From: Camelus dromedarius
Lineage: Eukaryota
Assembly: GCF_036321535.1 (NCBI RefSeq)
Contig: NC_087437.1
Span: 64,730,001 to 64,794,000, forward strand
Length of the DNA stretch: 64,000 bases
Direction: 5' to 3'
The notes under the pieces are model-generated. The model saw only the letters and a list, made by a program, of their open reading frames with translations, was not told the origin of the DNA and searched no databases. Made by a program: the position numbers and the translations under genes. Of the stretch, positions 38,078-52,281 are shown in pieces (within the stretch, counting starts at the first letter, position 1; each line of letters opens with the position of its first letter).

Positions 38078-40622
38078 GCACAAAAATGAAGAGGGATCTG
38101 TTAAACCTGTTGCTCAAGGACAATCCAGAAAACTTGAACCAGCCCACAGCAGGTTCATCCAAGGATAAGATCATAATAGATCACATGAAATCCGGAAGAA
38201 TTGTCTTTCACCAAGTTCCAAGAAGGCCTTTCTGATATGCTCTAAAGAGTTGTTTTCTGAACCCTGTTATAAAGGTCTTACATTTATTTATTTATTTATT
38301 TATTTGCTTTTCAATTAAAATTTTAGCTGCTTGGCAGACTTTCAGGTTCTTTTTGTTTGTGTGTTTGATGGACTGACTTCTCCCATTCAAATCACTGAAA
38401 TCTTTTGACTGGTGAATTCTTTTTTATCCTTTGGCTGGTTTTTAACATTAATTTTTATTATGGAAATTTGAGAAACACAAAAAATAGGAAGAATAGAAAA
38501 ATGAAGCCTCATGTACCTATCACCCAGCTCCAACAACCATTAACTTTCTTCTCTTCTTTCTTATCTTTCTCCCTGAATACTTATTTTCTCCCCCATCGTG
38601 ATATTTAAAGCAAATTCCAGGCATAAATATGTCATGTGTATGATTTCCCCCATAAATACGTCAGTGTGCATCATGTTTTGTCAAATGACCACAGTGTCTA
38701 CAGCAAAGCAAATGGGGTAAAATGTTAATAATAAATGAATCTGGGTAGAAGGGGTACAAGTGTTTTTGTACTACTTATTTTTGCAAAATTTCGGTAAGTG
38801 TGAAATGATCTCTAAATAAAAAGAAAAAAAGAAAAAAAAAAAAGAGCAAACAAAAAACATGACCATACTATCATCACATTGGATAATCCAAGAAACAGAT
38901 TTTTCCTTGTTTTACTATAAATCATGCTCCTGGAAAGAAATTAATGGAAAAACCCCAGAAAATTATTTAAAAGAAGAAATCGTTCCTAATTTTAACACCC
39001 AGACGTAGTCACTATTAAACGATTGTGTATCTGTCTCCAGGCCATTAGACAGAAGGGCAGATAGACACATTCTTCCAAACACATTTCCTGATGCTTTTGT
39101 CAGGGATCAAATCCTGTACTGACTCTGAGAATTATTCTCTGGCTTTGATCTCTTACCTATTTTCACTATACTCAAGCATTTGTCCTCCTTGTGCTGGGAA
39201 CTCAGAGTTAATTCCTTATATTGGCTCTAGCCTCTTACTCTAGCTGATTGTCCAGACAGCCAATGTCCAAATATCAGAGGGAAGCAGCTTATGATGTTAC
39301 CTCCATCGCTCCCTCTTCCTCCAGTCCAGCTCTTGATGTAAACAGGTACCCGACCTCCACTCCAAACTCCCTCCACGCTAGTGCAAGACCCAGGGGAGGG
39401 AGGGATGTGGTGGTCATTCCAGCAGCAGAGAAGGTCCCCTTGCCCCACTTGATGCTTGGGTCACACTTCCTCCAGTTCCCAGATGCACTTTCATGCTGGT
39501 TCTGCCCGGTTTCCTGCCCCTGCCTGGCTGCTCTTTGTGGTTCACTTCTTATGACACTGGCTGAGCAGTTCCCATCAAAGCTAAAATTCTTCTCCCTATG
39601 CTTGGAATGTACCTCTGTTTCCATGACTGGTCCTATCCTGTACTTTTATCCCTGATTCCTACCTCACTTCTTGCGTAACAGCAAAGTTCATTCAAAGTTC
39701 TCTTCCAACCCCTTGTATTTTTCCATGATGAGGGACAGGAAATACAGGGTCCCCAGGAGACCAGTGATCTCACTATAACAACTTCTTTCCACCTATTCTA
39801 ATTCCACCCACCTTTGGGAGCTGCCTCTGTCTTCAACAGACTCCTGAAATGACCAGCCAGGCTCAGACCAATGCAGGCCACCTCCTCCAGGGATTAACCA
39901 GCACCCCTTACTGATGTTCCGTTGCTCATCCAACACCCATGAGGTCAAACACAGGAGGTGAGCAAGGGGAAGTTCCAGCTCTGTGCAGAGCCAGCCTCCA
40001 GCTTCTATGACTTTAGCCAGGCCAAAAGGAGGAATAACACTGTCCTGAAATGCAACTTTTGGAGACAGAGATAGGGCAGGCCTAATTTCCCCCAAATTAA
40101 AACTAACACAGTTAGAAAAGTTTTGATGATCACAGGGGCTTTCAGAGTGAAATGTTACATGCTGATTGTTAACCTGCTAAGTTCCAGATGTAAATTCTTA
40201 GACTCTTCTAGGAAGTTCTTTCATTTGAGTGAAAATCCTTCATAACTAAATAATTCATTTTTATTTTCAAAAGAAAGATAATTTCCCATTGCCAACGGAC
40301 TCTAAAGAATCTTTCCAAAAACTTCTGACTTCTTTTACGCAAGAGGAAAACAAAACTACTTAGTTCAAAGCTACTGTTTTTCAGGTTTCTGCTACTAAGA
40401 GATAATGCATTGGGAGAACACGGCTGTTAATTATCTAAAACCAAGGCCCAGAAAGACTCAGGAAACAAGGTTTATACCTCCCCAAACAGACTGGAGGGAC
40501 AGAACTTTGTTCTGGGAGGACAGAGAGGGAGCTAGTTGGAGAGGAGAGACTAGATTGAGAGCAGGTGTTGCTCTCTGAGCAAAGCTGAGCTCAGGGAAGG
40601 AGATGACAATAAAAACACTGTA

Positions 40623-41157
40623 TGTATTAGTTTCCTGTTGCTGCTGTAAAAAAATTTACCATAAACCCAGTGGCTCAAGACAACATAAATTTATCATGCT
40701 TTACTTATTTATTTATTTACCTATGTTTATTACAGTTCTGGAGGTCAGCAGTCCAAAAAAGATCTCACTGGGCTAAAATCAAGGTGTTGATAGGGCTGGT
40801 TCCTTCTGAAAGCTCTAGGGGACAGCTGGTTCCTTGCATTTTCCAGCTCCTAGAAGCTCGCATTCCTTAGCTTGTGGCCCCTTCCACATTCCAAGGCAGC
40901 AACGGTTAGTGGAGTCTCCTCACATCGTATAGCTCTGACATGGCTTCCTCTGCTTCCCTCTCCCACTTTCAAGGAGACGTCGTTATTTTGGGCCCACCTG
41001 GATACTTCACAATAATCTGCCGTCTCAAGGTCCAGCTGATTAGCAAACTTAATTCTATCTGCAACCTTAATCCCCCTTGCCATGTAACATAACATAATCA
41101 TGGGCTCTGGTGATTAGGATGGGGGCACCTTTGGGCGGCCATTGCTCAGTCCTCCAC
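40623..41157 (-). mobile_element. MaLR LTR (MLT1)
   Basis: tgtattagtttcctgttgctgctgtaa...aatcccccttgccatgtaacataacata...ccaca. Confidence 0.85.
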
Positions 41158-42659
41158 AAAGGCCTCTACAGGTTTGGAGCATCATGCCCTGTTCCCTCTC
41201 TGGCACCTTGGAAGCTTGTTAGTCTCCTTGAGTTCTCCATAGCATCCTGGGAAGGCAGCCGTCAAGCAGACGCAGCAGTGGAGGGGCCTGAGAGCCGCCT
41301 GGTAATTTCCAGGCCCCAGTCCTTTCTCATGGGGGATCTGGTGGGCCTGGGAGGGGCCTTGTGGTTGGGACAAAGTCATGCAGCTGTGAAAATTACTGTG
41401 GATTCCATGACTGGGGGCCACGTGGATGCAATGCTTGAGAGGCTGCCAGCATGGAGGCATTACAATCACTGAGGGTGGTAAGAATGTTCTCAGAGGCTCA
41501 GAGGCGTCAACAGGAGCTGCAGCTGTCTGGGGAACCCCACCTCCTTCCATTACAAAAACCTTCCTGGAAGGGTGAGGAAGAAACCTCTGAACTGAACCCC
41601 AGAAATCTACATTGATTCAGAAAACTCTGAAGTTACTGAGAAAACCCCAGTTTGACTAAGATGAAGTTTCTGTCATTAGGCTGAATGGGAATCTGAGATA
41701 GAAACTAGGTTGTTAAAGAAAAACAACGAAGGTTCGTATTTGACACCCCGATTTTGTGCTGAGAGCTATGCCTGCTATGTACAAATGAGAGTCTCCTTTT
41801 CTGACAAGAACATCGAGAGAGACGACTTTATTTGCAAGCACTGGGTGAGGTGACGCTCCATGTAAATGGCGTGTTTTCCCTGACCAGCCTCTTCCTCCAG
41901 CTCAGCCGTGAGGGTGAGCCGCACGTCCAGCTCAAATGGGGTAAGGACGAGCGTGTGGCATTTTGCACAGTAAAGCAGTTGTTTCCACGTAGCTATTTTG
42001 ATCAATAAAATAAAAATCAAGCCATCAAACTTTCAACCTTTTTTAAAAGTCCCAAGTAAAATATTCAATGTAAGTCTTCACTCAGCTCTGGGTCTTGCTC
42101 AGAGGCATGACCCGGGCGGGAGCAGAAGCCTCACCAGGTCTTCCTGTGTGAGACCTTCTCTGTGTCCCCCACTTGTGCTCCCACGTGGTGCCTCTAATGC
42201 CTTTTCATCTAAATTGACAACCGTCATCTCCACAAGTCACTTTAAAAGTCATGGAAAGGTGGCCGTTTGGAAGAAAATGGTCTGAGGAGGAAGTCATCAG
42301 GAGCCGTAAACTTGAAGGCCTCACGTAGATCTGACTGCTCTACTTGGCTGTGGCTAAAGAGCAGCATTTAGAGTGAGCTGAGAAATGCCGGCCCGATGGG
42401 AGCGCTCTTCCCTTGGTGCTGGAGGTCTGGGTGCTGGCACCACAGGGGCAGGGGGAGCGTGGGGCCCTTGGGGGACTGAACTTCGGGCTTCTTCACCCTG
42501 AGTAATGTTGCTTGGGACCCCTTGAACTGGGCCCCAGAGTTCTTGGGCTTATTGTGGAGAAAGTTACTGTGATCCATGGGCTTGTGGCTAAAATCTGAAT
42601 AGTAAATAAATAAGTGCTGTTTTGTATTTTAAACAAATGAAAAAAATTACAATGTCAGT

Positions 42660-44066
42660 AATAATATTAACTAAATTTATTGAGTGCTTACTATGTGCTA
42701 GGCACCCTGCTAAAGGACTTTATATACAGTTACCTCATTTAATCCACATAAGAGTGCTGAAGGAAAAGAGTGGTTATTACCCCCATTTTATACACAAGAA
42801 GCTGGGGCTGAGTGAGGTGAAGGTGCCCTGTCCATGGTCACCCAACTTGTTAGTCTCTCTGGCTCTGGAGCCTGATTGTTCCTGCCATTCAACATTCAAT
42901 ATTGTACCTACCCACTGCTGGAGGGAACGTAGCTACAGTATTTGGCGGGTGGAGTGCCAGGGTAACACCCTGTGAGAGCTCTCTCCATTTTCTTACCCCA
43001 GCAACTGGTAGGAGGCTGATGACTGGGAGCTTATTTTCCACAGAGGCTGGCATGAATCTGGCTTCAGGAAGCCTTTGGGGCAGGGAAGAGGGGGAGCTTC
43101 TGGACCCCTGGGGCCCCGACAAGGCTCACATAGGGCTTAGCTCAGTGGGGTGGGTAAAGAAATGGAGCTCAATAATACTGCCTTATATAAAGCAGACCAT
43201 GACTTTTTTTTCAGTTTATATTGTCCATGGGCTATCATAACAGAAGCATTTTCTTAAGGATAAAACTACATATCACAATATTAATTACAGACATAGCTCA
43301 TTGGATTCATGCAGTCCCTTCCCAACAATTTGAGGTGATTCTTGTGATCCTGGAATCTAAACATGGTACTGCTATCACATTCTGCACAAAACCAGGTACA
43401 GGAGAGATGCTAACCTTCTAGATGTCACATGATAGTAGCAGCAAACAGGAGACCAAATATTTTATGATTTTCATAAATAGGAGGGGATACATTCACCTTA
43501 CAGTTTTAGACACTTCAAGTTCTTCCCATTGTCAAGGTGCTGGGCATCACTGGTGACATTCTGTCTTTCAGGCTCAACTCTAGTGGTGGCCAATCTGGTG
43601 TCCTGTTGCTCTGCATACTTTTGTCTCTGGACCAGGCCGTCTGCAACGTTCAGGGGAGACATTTCAATATTAAAAACAAAAACCAAGCCAAAAAACAAAA
43701 CAAAACAAAACAAACCCCCAAACTGGAGGGAGTAGGTGGGCAGCTTATAGCCTTGGCTTTATCTCTGGCTGTTGAATTGGATAGAACAGAGGAGGAGAAT
43801 GGAGGGAGGGATGTGAACAGCAAACCTGACTATGGGGATCTCAGTGCGCTGACAAATCCAACCACAGAAGCACAAGGCTCCTCTCTTAAATTTTAAAGGG
43901 AACATTCGTCAGTTCACTGTCGTATACAACAGTGCAACTAAGTTCGAGGAGTGTGGTGTATCTTACTCCTCCTTGGAAAGGAGTTTGGGGCAATTCCTGA
44001 TCCCTGTGCGAGAACGTGATCCCAGGAAACCTCTCTAAATTCTCCCTGGACTGGCCTTCTTCCGTT
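42660..44066 (-). other. CASR: CASR 3'UTR (about 1.4 kb), ending in a MIR-derived polyA signal
   Basis: Non-coding sequence follows the stop, with AATAAA on minus at 42681-42676. It resembles my recollection of the human CASR mRNA end (...caataaa...ttagttaatattat). Confidence 0.7.
42676..42681 (-). terminator. Probable CASR polyadenylation signal AATAAA
   Basis: Reads tttatt on plus and lies at the 3' end of a MIR remnant. Confidence 0.65.
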
Positions 44067-45665
<1,599 letters not shown>

Positions 45666-46770
45666 TTATTGGATATAGTCACTTTCAATTTTCTTTACTG
45701 ATGAAATAATTGTGATTTTTACATTATCAAATAATGTATTGAACCCTGACTTATGCTTAATAATACAACTAGTTAATTTCATGTATCTTTGTTGGTTCTA
45801 TTATTTTTTTCCTTTGTACATAGTGGGGCCACTTGTTTCCTTTAATACTACCTACTGGTGGTTTGTAGCAGAGAATGATCAGTCTTGCTGGATAGGTGGC
45901 TAGGGGTATGGCACTGTCCATCAACTTTTCACAGTGATTCAAGCTCAGCCTGACTCATTTTGGACATCAGGATGGGGTTTGGAGACGTTCCAGAGCAGAC
46001 TTCCTCTTATATCAAGGCGAAGTATTCCATACATACGACCTGTGCCATGGCTTTCTAGTGAGGGAGGCTGCAGACTCATTTGATCAACAAATGTTTATTA
46101 AGTCTCTGCTGTGTCCCTGGCAGCATGCAGTTTTGGGGAGTTTTGCAGTCAGAGATCTGGACAGGAATCCTGGCCCTACCATTTATTAGCTGTGTGACTT
46201 TGGTCAGGGTCCTTAACCATTCTGAGCCTCAGTTTCTTCATCTGTGAAATGGAGGCAATAATAACCCCATAATTGTGGTGAAGATGAAATGAGTTAATAA
46301 CAATGATAAAACAATTACAGTTAATATTTATAGAGTGCTTCTAACGCCAATCAGAGTTTTTATTTAACAAATATTTATCAATAATTTACCATGTGCTTTA
46401 CCAATATTAACTCATTTAATCCCCCAAACTCTGTAAGATAGGTTTAATATTATTCCCACTTTATAGATGAAGAAACTGAGGCACAGGAAAAACATAAGTA
46501 AGACAGCAAGTATCAGTGCCAGGCACTCAGCAGGCAATCTGTTATGCCTATTAACTCTGGAGCCTGGAACAGACAGAACTTTGTCCGTTCAGGGTCACTG
46601 AGCTGTAAGAAAAAGAAAACAACATTGGAGAGCAGTATCAAAGTAAGAGAAAGATGTGCAACAGATGTGTCTGTAAGCTTTTCCAGTGTTACTGAGACAT
46701 CTAACATTCCTCTTTCTCTCCCAGCTCAGTGCCCAGCCCAGCATGATGCTCACACATTCCTTGTTAAATG

Positions 46771-46910
46771 AGAAAATGCTACTACACTGGAATTTGACAC
46801 AACATTGTAAAATGATTATAAATCAATAAAAAATTGTAAAAAAAAAAAAAAAAACCTGAACAAATGGAAGAACAAAAAACAAACAACAACAACAAAAAAA
46901 GAAACTGCTA
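46771..46910 (+). mobile_element. Very short L1 3' end plus an extra A-tailed segment in CASR intron 6
   Basis: ctacactggaatttgacacaacattgtaaaatgattataaat is identical to about 37999-38040. Flanked by agaaaatgcta / agaaactgcta. Confidence 0.8.
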
Positions 46911-47009
46911 ACCACCATTTCAGCCCAGCCCTTCCAGGGACTTTGCTGATTCCAGGGCCCCGAAGTGGACAGAGCCCTGCATGGTGTCCGTGAGGGCCTG
47001 CTCCTTTAC

Positions 47010-47133
47010 CTGTCTCATCGCTGTACTCCCCATCGGGACACTCCACACACTCAAAGCAGCAGGTGGGCTCCCCTTCAATGATTCCTTTCCTAGTCCCTGC
47101 CAAGCAGTCTCGGCTGCAGTTGGAGAAAGGCAC
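47010..47133 (-). CDS. CASR: Calcium-sensing receptor, coding exon 6 (124 bp), cysteine-rich domain
   Basis: Translates [44 protein letters not shown] acceptor at 47136-47134 and GT donor at 47009-47008. Confidence 0.99.
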
Positions 47134-49186
47134 CTGGAGGATGGAAAGCACAACAGTGAGGGGCTGCAGCTGCGGGATCAGTCTTCCAGCTCCGCCTACA
47201 CGTGTTAAGAGGGAGAAGCTCTAACACTGCCACTAGAACCAGTGCGGTAGACTCCAGGCCCATTCCAGGCATAGGAAGATCCGGAGGTCCTTGGTCCTGT
47301 TATCTATGAAAGGGAGGGATTCCCATGGGAAGTGCAGGTGCACCCCCCCCCCCCAATGAGATTCTAGGAAGGTTAATTATCGGGAGTCTACACAGTGACA
47401 AAAATCCTCCTTAAATAGTGTCCCCTTCCATCCTCTGCAAGTCCCAGAATGAGATATCTGTTCACTCTTCATGGAAGTAAAACTTGGAGACAAACTAAAA
47501 GACACAGGGACATGGACCTACACACAGAAGGAGAGTCATAAGGGGAGATGCTGAGACAAGGGGAAATCTGTTTGAAAATGAGCCTCTGAACTTTGCAGTG
47601 AATTGCAATTCTTGCCATTTTATTTTAGGCTTTACAGGGTAATTTCCAAGATCTTGCAACTCAGTGAGGCAGACAGGCCAGGCATGGAGGAGGTGAAAGT
47701 AAATGGATCAGAAAAATATATCAGGTAATTACTAACTGAAAGAAAGCTGCAGTAGCTACATTAATTTCAGATAACATAGATTTAATTAAATTAATTTATT
47801 TCCTTAGTGGACTTCAGGTGCACAGAATTCGATTAATCATAATCTTTGTTCCTTTCCATGATTACTTCTTCATGTTTGAACCACTTTTGGGTAAGTCATT
47901 TTTAATATCTACCACCCCAAACCAAAACTAGGACCGGGACAATAACCTATATCTAACTTATACACTCCTCTCTCCTCTTACTTCCTCCCCACCGTGTAGT
48001 CATACCTGAGATGACCATCAACCTGTGTTCATCACAGGTAAGTAACACTAAACTTGCAGGGAACAGATCAATCTAATCTTAAACCAACTCTACCAAAGAT
48101 TAGGAAGATAAAAGAACACCCTCTAACTCATTCTTGTAAGGCCAATATAACCCTGATTCCAAAACAAGACAAGAAGAGTATGAAAAAGAAAAAAAAATTT
48201 ACAGCCCCATCTTATTATTTTAAGTTGTCTTCAGAAGCAGAGCTGAGTCGAGTTGTGGCCAAGTGATTTATAAAGGAAGTTTCCTCCCTCACAAAAAAGA
48301 AGAAAGTCCTCCTAAAGGAATAGAGAATGGAGGAAGTAGGACATAGAAGTCAGAAGGACAAGCAAGGGTGTGATGTCCAGTGAAGTCCCTGCTTCCGCCT
48401 GGTCCCCCAGGGGAGCTCTGGACTGCAGGTTATGCCCCAGAACTGTCCTGACCTGAGGAACAGGACTAGGGCTTTCACACTTCCACACCACTCAAAGCTT
48501 AAGGGTCACCTCAGGGACATGTAAATTCCTAGGCTCTTCTGAGGCTCTCCTTTGCCTCACTGAACCCGTGGGCAGGGTGGGTTCCACTAGCCCGCAGGCA
48601 GTCTTCTGAAAAAGAGCAGCAAGTTCTGGTGATTGGAAGCAAAAATCCACCAAAGTCCTGAAGGTACATACAAAGTGTAAGGAATCTGAAAGGATATGGG
48701 AAGACTACAACTATTTTCTACTACTTGAAAATAGATGAAAAACACTAAAACAATGAACAGGCAAACTCAAAGGACATAAAAAAGAAAATACACCATGATC
48801 ATGGTCATTTTGGGCTTATGCCAGGAATGCAAACAAATTTATTAGAAAGTCCGTAAGTGTCACGCACTGCAGTAATAAATTAAAACAGAAAAATATGATC
48901 ATCAATGAATAAAAAAAATTTGATGAAACTCAACACAAACTAGTGATAAAAACTTAATGAAAGAGAACAGGAAGAAATATCTTTAACTTGAAAAAAAAAT
49001 TAAATCCTTAGAGTAAACATCATTCTATATGTGATAATATATTAAAAGCATTTCCTTTAAAACAAGGGTGCCCAATATCACCACTATTATTATCCATTGC
49101 CCTGCAGTTACTAGCTAGTGCCACAAGACAAGAAAAATAAGGGCAAAAATATTGGAAAGGGCTAAATAAAACATTTCTTTACTTAT

Positions 49187-49580
49187 TGTTTAAAAGTTGA
49201 GAATTATGTTCTATTCAGAGGAATTTTCTGAGGATTTAAGCCCAGAAAACAGTTTCTCAGATTGCTCTGAGGGACTGCTCTGAAGAGGTAAGGGAGGAGC
49301 CAGGATTTAGAGGAGTTTTTGCAACAAAAACAAGGTAGTCAGAACATCAAAAGATTACGGTTGATTAAAGAAAAAACAGATGCCTTAAATGAATGGATTT
49401 AGCACTTTTTTAATGTATGGGAAGATGCAAGAGTCTGGGCTCATTGAAATCCTTCCTTTGATATGCACTTAACTATCTACAGCCAGGATCCTGCTTTTCT
49501 TCACCCTGAATCCCCCCTCAGGGTGCACAGTCAGGGGTGGTTGCAATGGCTGATGGCTTGATGGCTGCAGCATCCTCTGT
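49187..49580 (-). mobile_element. ERV1 LTR fragment (MER41-like, artiodactyl type) nested in L1 remnants
   Basis: Motifs ctcagattgctctgagggactgctc...gaggtaagggaggagccagga and tgtatgggaagatgcaagagtctgggctcattgaaatc resemble this LTR family as I recall it. Confidence 0.6.
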
Positions 49581-49745
49581 AAAACTGTTATTTTTGATAA
49601 AACTGCAGATGATATGACTGTTCACATAGAAAACCCACAAAAATCAAAAACCAAATTATTAGAAATAATTGGAGAGCAGCCCTAGGCTAAAATGCCACAG
49701 ATTGCCACTGTTCTTACTTGAGTTTCATTAGTTTTTCTTATTCTT

Positions 49746-49800
49746 AAAACAAAACAAAACAAAACAAAATAAAACAAACCCAAAACCAAAACCAAAAAAC
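49746..49800 (+). repeat. (AAAAC)n-like low-complexity repeat
   Basis: aaaacaaaacaaaacaaaac...ccaaaaccaaaa read directly from the sequence. Confidence 0.8.
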
Positions 49801-50165
49801 TTTACCTTTTGTTTTAAGCTTTTGGTTGATAAAGTTGAATCTTTTTCATGTTATAAAAAGTGGTCCAAGATACTCAAAGGTGTTAATAGAAAGGCAAATG
49901 CAAAGTTTTAATCAAGGAAACTATTATCAGCTAAGGAGTCAGATTTGTTAAGAACAAAACTGTTTCAATATAATAAGCATGGGGCTCAGGTTCTAAGGAT
50001 TCTCCTCTGTACACTAAATACTCATGGATTTCATAGGGAGCCCTGGCAATACAGTTAGTGAGTTGAGGGAAGTGGATTCATGATTCCGGAAGTCTAGCAG
50101 TGAAGCCCAAGTTCCTCCCAAAGCCCATCACAGTTTCTGCCTTATTGGAGGCATCTGGTGTCCTA

Positions 50166-50411
<246 letters not shown>

Positions 50412-50450
50412 CTAAAGAGGAACAGAGATAAATATTCTGAATACAAGCTA

Positions 50451-50600
50451 CAGGGCTGCCACGTATGGTTGTGTAGGTTGTGCACTGCACAAAGACAGTA
50501 AACTATCTTTTTCAAACAAATAGGAAGGAACATGACTTGAGGAAGAGGAGTCTTTTTAAAATTCACACCAAGGTACTTGCATGTATTAGGTACAGCCCTG
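50451..50600. mobile_element. hAT-family MITE (MER91-like)
   Basis: TIRs CAGGGCTG...CAGCCCTG. The 8-bp flanks ACAAGCTA and GTAAGCTA match at 6 of 8 positions. Confidence 0.7.
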
Positions 50601-50631
50601 GTAAGCTATGGACTTTACTTGGTACTCGAAA

Positions 50632-51078
50632 TGTGAAGGAAAAGCTGGGCTGATCTAACAAGATAACTCACAGGTCTAGGAATGTGAAGGAGAGGCTGGG
50701 CTGGGCTAACAAGATAACTCACAGATCTGAGTTCTGCTAGACTAACTTGTAAATCTAGGTTAATTAGTGTTGGTTTTCTGTTCATGTTTTTTGCTAGCCA
50801 GCTGGGTTTTCAAAGATACATATCTGGCTTTGGAATGTTGGTTTGTTGCCTCCCCACCTCCACTTTTGTGATGATAATGCTTCTGCTAAAGCTGTTCCAT
50901 GCCTATTGGCCTAATACCCCAAGCTTGTACTTCACCCTATAAAACCTCATGCGCACATCTTGGAGGTGCTCAGAGCTTTGGAGCAGAAGCCCCTCTGAGC
51001 CCGCCGGCATAATACATCTGAGTACTCCAACCCTCCGAGTGGTGCTTGTTTCTTGACTGGCCTGTCGTTTCCGTAACA
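50632..51078 (+). mobile_element. Solo ERV LTR (class I-like) with 4-bp TSD GAAA and a duplicated 5' 51-bp unit
   Basis: TG...CA termini (TGTGAAGGA...CGTAACA). GAAA at 50628-50631 and 51079-51082. TATAAAA at about 50938 and an AATACA-like polyA hexamer at about 51011. Confidence 0.8.
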
Positions 51079-52183
51079 GAAACACTTTCTTGAAGTCAGG
51101 AAAGGAAAAGGAGTACATCTCACCATGGCCACTGGGCAGATCAAGGCTTTTGCATGTGCACCATCACCCAGTGGTGCCCAGGAGGGACATGGTTTGTAAG
51201 CCAGAGCCGTTCCTGGTGTTTTCTGAGAAGAGCTTGGACAGAGCAGAGGCACTAAGTACTGTCATGCTCTGTTCCATCTTTCCCTGTGCTACTGGTTCTG
51301 TGAAAGTGTTTTGCTGCCAAAAATCACAGAGAGAGGGGTGGAAGGAAGAAAGAAATGAGGCTGTTAGTGGAGCCCTGGCCATTATTGTAATAAGCATGGC
51401 CAATCCATTAATTTTTATGGGTCACAAAGCCCTTTGACAAAACAAGTAATGATAATAATTAATAAACTTTACTAGTCATTTTACTCCTTTTGAGGTGCAA
51501 TGCTAAATACGTGTATATTCATTATCTAATCTTCACGGCAAATAGTACTATTACCCCCATTTTATTGTTGGAGCAATCAAGGCACAGAAAACAGAAGTAT
51601 CCAGTCCAGGATCACACAGCTAGCCAGTGGTGCAAAGTCTGTGCTCGCAGCATCTCTGCTCCGCTGTGGCATCATTAGGCTCCCGCCTCTGCTTCCTGTG
51701 TGCCCCTGACTCGGATCAAGAGGAGGCGGTGGGCACTTGGCAACTTATCTTTCATGCGGGACCTGCCCAGTGTCAGGGGTCACGGAGGTACCAAGAGAGT
51801 AAAACACACGGAGTGCAGACGGTGAGAGCCGGGGTGCTGGCTCCCACCATACTCATGACACACGGGGCTTTCTCATTCTCTGGCCCTGAGTGCCCTTCCT
51901 CACCTGTGGGGTGAGAGGGTGGGCCAGAGAGGCTGCTGGGAATCTCCAAGCTCTACACGAACTCCTCTCTGCTCCATGGTTTGGCAGCTCCAGGAGTATA
52001 TTTAGAGATACCTCTCCCTTTCAGCATTAGTTTTAAGGTACCTACAAAACCAGCATCTAATCTGACACTGGGGAAAAGTTTGGGCCAGCACTTATTATCC
52101 ATCTGTGTGACAAAGGACACCTTTCATGTTCCACTCCACAGATGATATTGATTTTTTTTTAAACAGTTTATATCTGTACAGAC

Positions 52184-52281
52184 TTTATTTTATTTTTTAA
52201 TTTTTGGAGGTACTGGGGATTGAACCCAGGACCTCATGCATGCTAAGCATGAGCTCTACCACTGAGCTATACCCTCTCCCC
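52184..52281 (-). mobile_element. tRNA-derived SINE
   Basis: ggaggtactggggattgaacccagg...ctgagctataccctctccc. TSD-like ctgtacagactt / ctgtattgactt. Confidence 0.87.
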
